A DNA stretch of 64,000 nucleotides, from assembly GCA_034669905.1 (NCBI GenBank), contig JAXMOL010000026.1, forward strand, positions 34,612-98,611, written 5' to 3'. This document shows positions 31,066 through 39,656 of this stretch, piece after piece (position 1 is the first letter of the stretch; each line of letters starts with the position of its first letter). The DNA comes from Candidatus Hydrogenedentota bacterium (lineage in GTDB: Bacteria; Hydrogenedentota; Hydrogenedentia; Hydrogenedentales; JAEUWI01). Below the pieces are notes generated by a model, which was not told the DNA's origin, did no database searches, and was given only the letters and a program-made list of their open reading frames with translations. A program made the position numbers and the translations under genes.

Positions 31066-31800
31066 TTGCTTGAGCCAGGGTGGAATCGCCGAAAGGAACT
31101 CCCTCGTCTGGAAGCCGGCGTGGTGCAGGTGGTTCAGTTTCGGCTGGACGGCTCCGACGCCGTTGTGTCGGAGTTGGGACAACATCTCAATGAAGCGGAG
31201 CGGGCCCGCGCGGCCCGGTTCAAGCGCGAAGTGCACCAGCGGCGCTTCACCGTCGGGCGGGGACGGCTTCGTGTCCTCCTGGGATATTTTACCGGTCTGG
31301 CGCCTCACGCCCTTACCTTTTCCTATGGCCCCCATGGGAAACCCTCCCTCGCCGCCCATGCCGGTGGGGTTACCTTCAATTTGAGCCATTCAGAGGAAGA
31401 AGCCCTGTGTACGGTCGCCCTGGAGCAGGAGCTGGGGGTGGATCTGGAACATCGCAGTCCTCGGGTGCGGATGGAGGCTATCGCCCGTCGTTTTTTTCGG
31501 CCGGAAGAGGCGGCGTTGTTGGATGGACTGGAGGAGGGGGCGAAGATCGCGATGTTTTACCAACTATGGACTGCCAAGGAGGCCCTGCTGAAGGGGGTCG
31601 GTGGCGGGCTGACCTTGCCCCTGAATCAATGTGCTTTCTCACCCGGAACGGCTCCGTTGGGGCTGAAACTGCACGGCCTGCCGGACGTGGCCCGCGATTT
31701 GTGGCAGGTTTACACCCTGCCTGTGCCCGGCGAATTCGGGGCCGCACTGGCAGTTTCCGGGCCGATTCAGCGTATCCAGTGTGGCCAATGGGATGGCTGA
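31066..31800 (+). CDS. 4'-phosphopantetheinyl transferase, Sfp type
   Basis: HGKP, FNLSHS, GVDLE, WTAKEALLK. Confidence 0.9.
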   Translation: MLEPGWNRRKELPRLEAGVVQVVQFRLDGSDAVVSELGQHLNEAERARAARFKREVHQRRFTVGRGRLRVLLGYFTGLAPHALTFSYGPHGKPSLAAHAGGVTFNLSHSEEEALCTVALEQELGVDLEHRSPRVRMEAIARRFFRPEEAALLDGLEEGAKIAMFYQLWTAKEALLKGVGGGLTLPLNQCAFSPGTAPLGLKLHGLPDVARDLWQVYTLPVPGEFGAALAVSGPIQRIQCGQWDG

Positions 31801-31830
31801 GCTGAGATGGGGGTGGGGGGAGGCGCCTGC

Positions 31831-31859
31831 TTGGCGGCATTTCAAGGGCATGCTATACT
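31831..31859 (+). promoter_or_regulatory. Candidate sigma70 promoter
   Basis: TTGGCG-17 nt-TATACT with an extended TG. Confidence 0.45.
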
Positions 31860-31984
31860 CAAGCCGTCAGTGATGCCGTTCCCAGGATAGAGGGGTCTGG
31901 ACGACCCTGGGGTGTGAAGGGCGCGGGATGCGGGTAGGTGCTTTGGTTGACGCATATCCGCCGTGTGGCGAAGGAGTATTGGTA

Positions 31985-32368
31985 ATGCGTCGTATTCTGG
32001 TCGTCGATGATGAACAGCATGTTCGGAGAATGCTCGCCGCCTGCCTTTCCCGGGCGGGCTATGAGGTGAGCGTGGCCAAGGACGGCGCAGAGGCGCTGAA
32101 ATGTCTCGCTCAAGAGCCCGCCGATCTGATTGTCCTCGATTTGCTTATGCCGGAGAAAGAAGGGCTGGAGACCTTGATGGCCCTGCGACACAACCCGGAA
32201 CGTCCTCCAATTATTGTCATTTCCGGGGGCGCACGGGCTTTGGGGTCCGATTTTTTACCGGTGGCCCGTAAGCTGGGCGCCAATATCACCCTGCAGAAGC
32301 CCTTTCAGAACCAGGAGCTGTTGGACGCCGTTGCAGAGCTGCTCCCGTCAGAGCGTGGGGGGGACTAA
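31985..32368 (+). CDS. Single-domain CheY-like response regulator
   Basis: ILVVDDE, DLLMPEKEG, ISG, KPF; RBS AAGGAG. Confidence 0.9.
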   Translation: MRRILVVDDEQHVRRMLAACLSRAGYEVSVAKDGAEALKCLAQEPADLIVLDLLMPEKEGLETLMALRHNPERPPIIVISGGARALGSDFLPVARKLGANITLQKPFQNQELLDAVAELLPSERGGD

Positions 32369-32548
32369 AGGGGGTTGCCAGGGGGAATCGGGAGGTTTTT
32401 GGGGCAGCGCCGTGTGCTGACTGGGTGGCTAAGTGTCGGAATGACAAGGGGTTGGGGTGTATGGCTTCCCAAAAATGCTTCGAACAAAAATAATTTCACT
32501 TTTCGGGAACCTTTCCTGCCATTACGGGATTATACTCCTGTGTAGGCA

Positions 32549-32723
32549 TAGTCAGGTGACGGGCAGATTCCCCGACTGACTGGGCATCCGACGGGAAGCG
32601 GGCGGTTACCATCCCCCTGCGAAAGGCGGTTCTGCCCCCCTTGGGCCAACGTGGTGCTGCCGGCCCGCTCAATTCAATGGAACAGTAACCAGGCATACGA
32701 CCCATTTCAGGCGGCGGATGTCC
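32549..32723 (+). ncRNA. Candidate structured 5' leader RNA, unassigned family
   Basis: Nested stems tagtcag/ctgactg, gggcatccg/cggatgtcc, agcgggc/gcccgct and an alternative ggttac/gtaacc, downstream of a TATACT -10. Confidence 0.35.
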
Positions 32724-32759
32724 GACATTCTTGACCCAGAACAGAGGAATTCAGAATCC

Positions 32760-34106
32760 ATGAGCAAGTACTTCTCACCCTTCCATTCCAGCCGTTCTTC
32801 CGCGTCGACCTCCTGTCAATCCTGTGCGGGTCCCAGCCGTCGTGCTTTTCTTAAAGTCGGGGTGCTGGGTGGCTTGGGCCTCACCCTCGGTGACTATCTC
32901 CAAATTCAGGCGCAGGCCCAGGAAGCCGCTCCCGCTGCCGGTCCCCCGGCCCAGTCGGCTATCTTTATCTTCCTGAATGGCGGCATGAGCCATATCGATA
33001 CCTTTGATCCCAAACCCTACGCGCCCATCGAGTATCGCGGTGAGTTGGGTTCGGTGAAAACCAATACCGGCGAATATTTCGGTGGCCAGCTCAAGAATCT
33101 CGCCCAGGCGGCGGATAAGATGGCCGTCATTCGCTCCATGACCCACGGTGAAGCCGCCCACGAGCGGGGTCAGCACAACATGCTGACCGGTTATCGCCCC
33201 AGCCCCGCGGTTCAATATCCCAGTTTCGGGTCTGTGGTCTCCCACAAGCTCGGCGGCCGAAACAGCATTCCCCCCTACGTAAGCATCCCCCGGGTGGACA
33301 ACACCTACTACGGAACCGGTTACCTGAGCTCTGCCTTCGGTCCCTTTTCGGTCGGGGGTGAGCCCGCGACCAAAGGTTTCAAGGTCCGTGATTTGAATCT
33401 CCCCGGCGGCGTTACCCCCGAGCGGATGGAAGGGCGTAAGAGTCTACTGGAAACGGTCGACGCCCACTTCAACGCCATGGAGAGCAGCGACGCCCTGGAA
33501 GCGATGAATTCCTACTATCAGCGCGCCTATTCGCTGATCAGTTCCGAGAATGCACGAGAAGCCTTCAACGTGGATGCCGAACCCGACGCGATTCGCGACG
33601 AGTACGGTCGGCATGCCTTCGGGCAGCGCTTGCTCCTCGCCCGGCGGCTCGTGGAAGGCGGCGCCCGCTTTATCACCGTCAGCGACGGTGGTTGGGATAT
33701 GCACAAAGGCATCAAGAAGGGCATGGAAAGCAAGTTCCCGTCGGTGGACCAGGGTACGGCGACACTGATTCGTGATCTGGATCGCCGGGGATTGCTTGAG
33801 ACCACCATGGTGATCCTGGTTTCGGAATTCGGACGTACGGCCAAATTGAACAAAGACGGCGGCCGTGACCACTGGCCCAAAGCCTTCAGCGTGGCCCTGG
33901 CCGGTGGCGGTATTAAGGGCGGCATCATTCATGGAGCGACCAACCCCCAGGGTACGGAGCCATCAGACGCGCCCGTGAGCCCCGCCGATCTGGGTGCGAC
34001 GATTTACACCCAGTTGGGAATCAATCCGGAAGAGCGCCTGATGAGTGCCGGTAACCGACCCATTGATATCATTCGTCAGGGTAGTGTCATTCAAAACATT
34101 GTCTAA
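32760..34106 (+). CDS. DUF1501 domain protein (Tat-exported, planctomycete type)
   Basis: SRRAFLKVG; GGMSHIDTFDPKP; LLARRLVEGG; GWDMH; SEFGRT; GRDHWP. Confidence 0.92.
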   Translation: MSKYFSPFHSSRSSASTSCQSCAGPSRRAFLKVGVLGGLGLTLGDYLQIQAQAQEAAPAAGPPAQSAIFIFLNGGMSHIDTFDPKPYAPIEYRGELGSVKTNTGEYFGGQLKNLAQAADKMAVIRSMTHGEAAHERGQHNMLTGYRPSPAVQYPSFGSVVSHKLGGRNSIPPYVSIPRVDNTYYGTGYLSSAFGPFSVGGEPATKGFKVRDLNLPGGVTPERMEGRKSLLETVDAHFNAMESSDALEAMNSYYQRAYSLISSENAREAFNVDAEPDAIRDEYGRHAFGQRLLLARRLVEGGARFITVSDGGWDMHKGIKKGMESKFPSVDQGTATLIRDLDRRGLLETTMVILVSEFGRTAKLNKDGGRDHWPKAFSVALAGGGIKGGIIHGATNPQGTEPSDAPVSPADLGATIYTQLGINPEERLMSAGNRPIDIIRQGSVIQNIV

Positions 34107-34154
34107 TTGAATAGACTGCGTGCGGCTTTGAAAATCGATCGGTTGGAATTCTCT

Positions 34155-36515
34155 ATGCGAATCTATAGTCATCGTATCAGTGTGTGTTTCGTGCTGCTGT
34201 CCCTGGGCCTCGCGTCTCTGGCTTCTGCGGTATCGCCCAGCTTTTCCACGGTCATTCCCCGTGGTATCGCCCGCGGCGCCGAAACGGAAGTGACCCTCCA
34301 CGGAGACAACCTGGCAGATGCGGTGGACATCATGTTCCACGACAGTGGTATCGAAATGGTATCGCTCACGCCGGTAGACGCCAAAAAGGCGACGGCCGTT
34401 CTGCGGGTGGCACCGGACTGTCGCGTCGGAACCCATGCCATTCGTATTCGCACGGCTACGGGCATCTCGACGGTGCAGCTGCTCAGTGTGGGGGCGCTGA
34501 ACGAGATTCAGGAACAGGAACCCAACAACCGGGAAGAAGAAGCCCCCGAAATTCCCATGGGCACCACCATTAATGGGGTGGTTACTTCGGAAGATGTGGA
34601 TTACTACGCGGTCAACCTCAATCCGGGGGACCGGGTGGCGGTTGAAGTGGAAGCCCTCCGCCTCGGCGGGGCCTTGTTTGACCCCAAATTACGGCTCTTC
34701 GGTCCGGAAGGCCACGAGCGGGTATCGGAAGACGACACCCAGTTGTTTCGTCAGGATGCCGGATTTGTGTACACCTCTACCGAAACCGGGAAACACCTGA
34801 TCGCCGTTAGTGAAGCGGCCTACCGGGGCGGTGGCAATTACTACTATCGTCTCCACGTGGGCCAGTTTCCCCGTCCCCTGGCCGTGACCCCCATGGGGGG
34901 TGTGCCGGGCTCGGAAGTGCAAGTGACCTGGTTGGGAGATGAGGGGGCCGGTACCCAGGCCATCACCGTGCCCGCCGATACCGACGGCGTCATCGAGTTG
35001 GCCGCCCAGACCGACACCGGCATCGCCCCGACCACCATTCCTTTCCGGGCGACCCCTTTCGGTGGCGTACAGGAAGTGGAGCCCAACAATGGTCGGGACC
35101 AGGCCACACCGGGTGCGATTACCGGTGCCTTCGATGGGGTTATCGGCGAACCGGGCGACACGGACTTCTTCCAGTTTGAAGGAAAGAAGGATCAGGTCGT
35201 TGAATTTCGTGTTTGGGCCCGAGCCCTGGGTTCCCCGCTGGACAGCGTGCTCGTCGTCTATAAGCCCGATGGCAGTGGACTGGGCAGTGATGATGACGCC
35301 GCCGCAGTCGACAGCAAGCTTCGGGTGACCCTGCCCGAAGACGGCGTCTATACCCTCTCTGTGCGAGACCACCTCCGGCGTGGCGGTGCGACCTTTGCCT
35401 ACCGCGTAGAAGCCTCCACGGTTACTCCGTCCCTGCGGATGAGTCTTATCGAGAATCGGCCGGTGTCGCTGGTGATTCCGAAAAACAATTACACCTATTT
35501 GCTGGCCAACGTTTCCCGTGCTGATTTTGATGGCCCCATCAAGACCGAATTGCTCGGGTTGCCGGAAGGGATCACGGCCTCTACTCCCCTCATTCCTGCC
35601 GGACAGACCCAACGCCCCATTATTTTGTCCAGTACCGCGGAAGCCCCGGTCGCTGGTGCGCTGGTTGACGTGCGGGGCACCTTGCAGCAGGAGGGTAGCA
35701 CCCTCAGCGGCGGGCTTGATCAGGAAGTGCGGTTGATTGATGGCCGTAACGATACGACCTTCTTCGGGCGCCAGGTGGACCGATTGGCCCTGGCGGTCAG
35801 TGAAGCGGCCCCGTTCTCGGTCGAGCTGGTGACGCCAACCGTTCCGACGGTCACCAACACCTACCGCATGTTGACGGTTAAAGCGACCCGGGCCGAAGGC
35901 TTCACCGGTGAGATTAACTTGCGCTTCCCCTGGTTGCCCGCGGGTATGGGCGGCGGTACGGCCAAGATTCCCGGAGACCAGACCGAGACCCAGATTCGGC
36001 TGGAAGTGCGCAATGGCACGGCCATCGAGACCCATGAGATCTTTGTGGCCGCGACGGGCGGCGGGTATCTTCTTTGCACCCCACCTATCCCCTTCGAAGT
36101 ACAGGAGCCCTGGGTGAATTTCACCGTGGCCGCGTCGGAAACGGAGCAGGGCAAACCGGTGGAAGTCGTGGTGGCGATGGAGCAGAAAGTGCCTTACGAG
36201 GGTACCTGCAAGGCCGAATTGCTTGGACTTCCCAAAGGCGTCTCGACGGAACCGCTGGAATTTACCAAAGACACCACGGAACTGAAGTTTGCCCTGACGG
36301 TGGCCGAAGATGCCCCCCCCGGAAAGTTCAGTGCCCTGAATGTGAATACCGCTATCGAAACCCCCAATGGAGTGGTGCTTCACCGGAGCGCAGCAGGCGA
36401 ATTGAAGGTTCACAAGCCCTTGCCCGCAGCCCTTCAGGCCCAGGCACCGAAACCGGCTCCCAAAGAAGAAAAGCCGGATGCGCCCAAACGAAAGACCCGC
36501 TTCCCCACGAGCTGA
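34155..36515 (+). CDS. Secreted PPC (pre-peptidase C-terminal) repeat protein
   Basis: Signal peptide; repeated E.EPNN, D.D.Y/F and SPLDSVL motifs. Confidence 0.8.
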   Translation: MRIYSHRISVCFVLLSLGLASLASAVSPSFSTVIPRGIARGAETEVTLHGDNLADAVDIMFHDSGIEMVSLTPVDAKKATAVLRVAPDCRVGTHAIRIRTATGISTVQLLSVGALNEIQEQEPNNREEEAPEIPMGTTINGVVTSEDVDYYAVNLNPGDRVAVEVEALRLGGALFDPKLRLFGPEGHERVSEDDTQLFRQDAGFVYTSTETGKHLIAVSEAAYRGGGNYYYRLHVGQFPRPLAVTPMGGVPGSEVQVTWLGDEGAGTQAITVPADTDGVIELAAQTDTGIAPTTIPFRATPFGGVQEVEPNNGRDQATPGAITGAFDGVIGEPGDTDFFQFEGKKDQVVEFRVWARALGSPLDSVLVVYKPDGSGLGSDDDAAAVDSKLRVTLPEDGVYTLSVRDHLRRGGATFAYRVEASTVTPSLRMSLIENRPVSLVIPKNNYTYLLANVSRADFDGPIKTELLGLPEGITASTPLIPAGQTQRPIILSSTAEAPVAGALVDVRGTLQQEGSTLSGGLDQEVRLIDGRNDTTFFGRQVDRLALAVSEAAPFSVELVTPTVPTVTNTYRMLTVKATRAEGFTGEINLRFPWLPAGMGGGTAKIPGDQTETQIRLEVRNGTAIETHEIFVAATGGGYLLCTPPIPFEVQEPWVNFTVAASETEQGKPVEVVVAMEQKVPYEGTCKAELLGLPKGVSTEPLEFTKDTTELKFALTVAEDAPPGKFSALNVNTAIETPNGVVLHRSAAGELKVHKPLPAALQAQAPKPAPKEEKPDAPKRKTRFPTS

Positions 36516-36574
36516 TCGTGGTAGAAGCCCTGTAGTGATGTAGTCGTTCAAACCAGTTTCTTGAGCAAGATGGA

Positions 36575-39004
36575 ATGATGATGAGCACGAAAAACTTCTT
36601 AATCGCCTTGAGCGCAGTTCTTTTGGCCGTCACGACGGCCCACAGCCAGACGCTCACTGTATATCCCAGCAAGCTGACCCTTAACAACGCCCACGATGTG
36701 GAGCGCCTTATCGCCATGATCGTGCGTCCCGATGGCGTGACGGTCGACGTGACCAACGAGGCGGTGTTGACCTTCAGTGCCGAAAACATTGTGTCCTGGG
36801 GAGACGACAAACGACTCCACGGCACGGCCGACGGTGAAGTGACTGTCACCGTCACCCATGGCGACCTCAGTGTCGACGTGCCGGTTACGGTTTCCAATGC
36901 CCAGCAGGTGCCGCCCACGACCTTTTCCAACGACGTGTTGCCCGTGCTCATGCGGGCCGGCTGCAACTCGGGCGGTTGTCACGGCAGCGCCCAGGGAAAG
37001 AACGGTTTCCGGCTGAGCCTCTTCGGCTTCGACCCCGACTACGATTTCATCAGCTTGACCCGGGAATCCCGCAGTCGCCGCATTAATGCCGCCCTGCCGG
37101 AAGAAAGCCTCATGCTCACCAAGCCCTCCGGCGTGGTCGATCACGAAGGGGGATCGGTCATTCAGCCGGGTGACGGGCTCTATGAGCCCATGTTGCAATG
37201 GATCCGGGAAGGCACGAAGCAGGACCCCAAAGATCTGCCCACCTTGACGGGGATTAACATCTATCCGCCCGAAGCCGTGTTGGAAGGAGAGGGGAGCCAA
37301 CAGCGCTTCGCCCTGCTGGCCGACTACAGCGACGGCTCCACCCGCGACGTGACCGATTCGGCCGTGCTCAGTTCCAGCGACGAATTGACCCTGACCATTG
37401 ATCCGGCCGGTATTGCCACGGCCGGCAACAAAGGGGAAGTCTACGTCATGGCGCGCTACGGCACCTTTGCGGTGGTTTCCAAGGCGATTATTATTCCCCA
37501 GGGCATGCAAGTGGAATGGCCCGAAGTAAAAGAACACAATTACATCGATACCCACGTTTTTGCGAAGTTGCAGAAACTGCGTATCCCCCCGGCGCCCCTC
37601 TGCGATGACGGCACCTTCGTCCGTCGCGCCTTCGTCGATATCATCGGCAACATCCCCACCGAAGCCGAGACCCAGGCCTTCCTGGCGGATGAAGACCCCG
37701 ACAAGCGCGCCAAGCTCATTGATAAGCTCCTGGAGCGTCCTGAATTCACCGACGTGTGGGCGATGAAATGGGCGGAAGCCCTGCGGGTGGCCGAGATCCC
37801 CAATATTCTCGACCGCAAAGGTATGCACCGCTACAACGATTGGCTGCGTCAGGCCATCAGCAGCAACACCCCCATGGACCAGTTGGTGCGCGAACTGTTG
37901 AGCGCCGAAGGCGGCAACTTCACCAACCCGGCGGCCAACTTTTACGTGATTGAGCGGGACCCCCTGCTTATGGCGGAAAACGTGGCCCAGGTATTCCTGG
38001 GTATTCAGCTCAAGTGCGCTCAGTGCCACAACCACCCCTTTGAGCGGTGGACGATGGATGACTATTACTCCTTCTCGGCCTTCTTTGCCCAGGTGGGACG
38101 GAAGGCGTCCAGCGATCCACGGGAGTCTATTATCTTCAACCGCGGTGGTGGCGAAGTGAAACATGCCAACACCGGACAAAACATGGCACCCAAGTTCCTG
38201 GCGGGTGAAGTGCCTGACGTGAAGGGGAAAGACCGGCGCGCCGTGCTCGCCGATTGGATGACCTCTCCAGAGAATCCCTGGTTTTCCAAGAATCTGGCCA
38301 ACCGCGTATGGGCCCACTTCCTCGGTGCCGGTATTGTCGATCCGCCGGATGATGTGCGGGTTACCAATCCGCCGACCAATCCCCAGTTGCTCGAAGAACT
38401 CGGTAAGAAGATGCAGGAATATAAGTACGACCTGCGCATGCTCGTGCGGGATATCTGCAACTCCTACACCTACCAGATGTCCACCCGGCCCCGTGATCCC
38501 AATAACAATGACGCCCGCAACTTCTCCCACGCCCAGGTCCGTCGCCTGACGTCGGAACAGATGCTGGACGCGATTGTGAAGGTGACGGGCAATGACGTGA
38601 AATTCGCCAATCTGCCCAAGGGCGCCCGGGCTGCCCAGGTCGCTGGGGGCGAAAGTGGCGTTTACTTCCTCAAAGTATTCGGTCGTCCCCTCCGCGAAAC
38701 AGTATGCACCTGCGAGCGGACCGGTGAACCGACCCTGTCCCAGTCGTTGCATTTGATCAATGGCGATACCATCGACAATGCCATTAAGGGAAAAGGCGGT
38801 CTCTTGGACAGCCTGCTCGCGGCCGAGACGCCCCACGACCAGATTATTGACAAACTCTATCTGGCCGCTATTTCCCGCACGCCGACCGAGCAGGAAAAGA
38901 CGGAACTAAATAATTATGTGGCCGCAGCTGAAAACAAGCGCGAGGCCCTCGAAGACGTTTTCTGGAGTATGCTGAATTCCAAAGAGTTTATTTTCCAGCA
39001 CTAG
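36575..39004 (+). CDS. DUF1549/DUF1553 (PSD1) protein with Ig-like domains
   Basis: Signal peptide; GCNSGGCHG; CAQCHNHPFERWT; NRVWAHFLGAGIV; CTCER; LNSKEF. Confidence 0.9.
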   Translation: MMMSTKNFLIALSAVLLAVTTAHSQTLTVYPSKLTLNNAHDVERLIAMIVRPDGVTVDVTNEAVLTFSAENIVSWGDDKRLHGTADGEVTVTVTHGDLSVDVPVTVSNAQQVPPTTFSNDVLPVLMRAGCNSGGCHGSAQGKNGFRLSLFGFDPDYDFISLTRESRSRRINAALPEESLMLTKPSGVVDHEGGSVIQPGDGLYEPMLQWIREGTKQDPKDLPTLTGINIYPPEAVLEGEGSQQRFALLADYSDGSTRDVTDSAVLSSSDELTLTIDPAGIATAGNKGEVYVMARYGTFAVVSKAIIIPQGMQVEWPEVKEHNYIDTHVFAKLQKLRIPPAPLCDDGTFVRRAFVDIIGNIPTEAETQAFLADEDPDKRAKLIDKLLERPEFTDVWAMKWAEALRVAEIPNILDRKGMHRYNDWLRQAISSNTPMDQLVRELLSAEGGNFTNPAANFYVIERDPLLMAENVAQVFLGIQLKCAQCHNHPFERWTMDDYYSFSAFFAQVGRKASSDPRESIIFNRGGGEVKHANTGQNMAPKFLAGEVPDVKGKDRRAVLADWMTSPENPWFSKNLANRVWAHFLGAGIVDPPDDVRVTNPPTNPQLLEELGKKMQEYKYDLRMLVRDICNSYTYQMSTRPRDPNNNDARNFSHAQVRRLTSEQMLDAIVKVTGNDVKFANLPKGARAAQVAGGESGVYFLKVFGRPLRETVCTCERTGEPTLSQSLHLINGDTIDNAIKGKGGLLDSLLAAETPHDQIIDKLYLAAISRTPTEQEKTELNNYVAAAENKREALEDVFWSMLNSKEFIFQH

Positions 39005-39158
39005 TTGTCTTCTTCCGGGGCCGGCCCAGGTGTCGCTCCCGCTGGAAGCGCATTCGATATAAGGGTGTGGACGGCTTACCGTATTAGCCTTCACCCGCCG
39101 GTTTACGAAATAAACAGGGCGCTAGAATCCTCTCGGGATTGCGCTGAGGAGCATTGGA

Positions 39159-39596
39159 ATGGATTTACGCATGAAACATCTGACGAAATGGATTGCACCC
39201 GCAGCAGTGGTCGCGGTGGGATTGGTTGCACCCGTTGCAACAGCCGAGGATGCGCCCGCCGCACCGAACCTCGACACGGTCCTTTCCGACTTGGCGAAAA
39301 TCGGTCCGGACCAACTGATCGCCCACGTGGACGCCCTGAAAAAACAGATTGGCGACCTGAAGGCAGAGTCGGAAGCGGCCCAGAAGAAAGCGGCCGAACT
39401 GGAAGCCCAGTCGGCGGCGGTCAAGGCCCAGGTCGAGACCATCGAGAAGTTTATCGCGTCGGTTCAGACGGCCATGGCGCCGCCCGCACCGGCACCTGCC
39501 CCGGCCGAGCCCGCTCCAGCACCCGCTCCGGCACCGGCTGAACCCGCTCCCGCACCGGCGCCCGAGGCGGCTCCCGCCCCGGCACCGGCCGAGTAA
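39159..39596 (+). CDS. Secreted coiled-coil protein with a Pro/Ala-rich tail
   Basis: RBS GAGGAG; signal peptide ending ATA-EDA; heptad region; PAPAPAE repeats. Confidence 0.75.
   Translation: MDLRMKHLTKWIAPAAVVAVGLVAPVATAEDAPAAPNLDTVLSDLAKIGPDQLIAHVDALKKQIGDLKAESEAAQKKAAELEAQSAAVKAQVETIEKFIASVQTAMAPPAPAPAPAEPAPAPAPAPAEPAPAPAPEAAPAPAPAE
39478..39593 (+). repeat. Low-complexity coding repeat encoding (PA)n/PAE
   Basis: Iterated ccggca/cccgct codons. Confidence 0.7.
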
Positions 39597-39656
39597 CCAG
39601 GCCCTGAGGCAATGGGAATGAAGCACGGGATACAACCTAGACACGGGAAGCTACCT

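Noticed and set aside
32549..32723. Assigning the leader to 6S RNA or a cobalamin riboswitch
   Set aside because: Only short resemblances (aagcgggc, gggaa, ctgccccc); the B12 box and the 6S rod with central bubble are not evident
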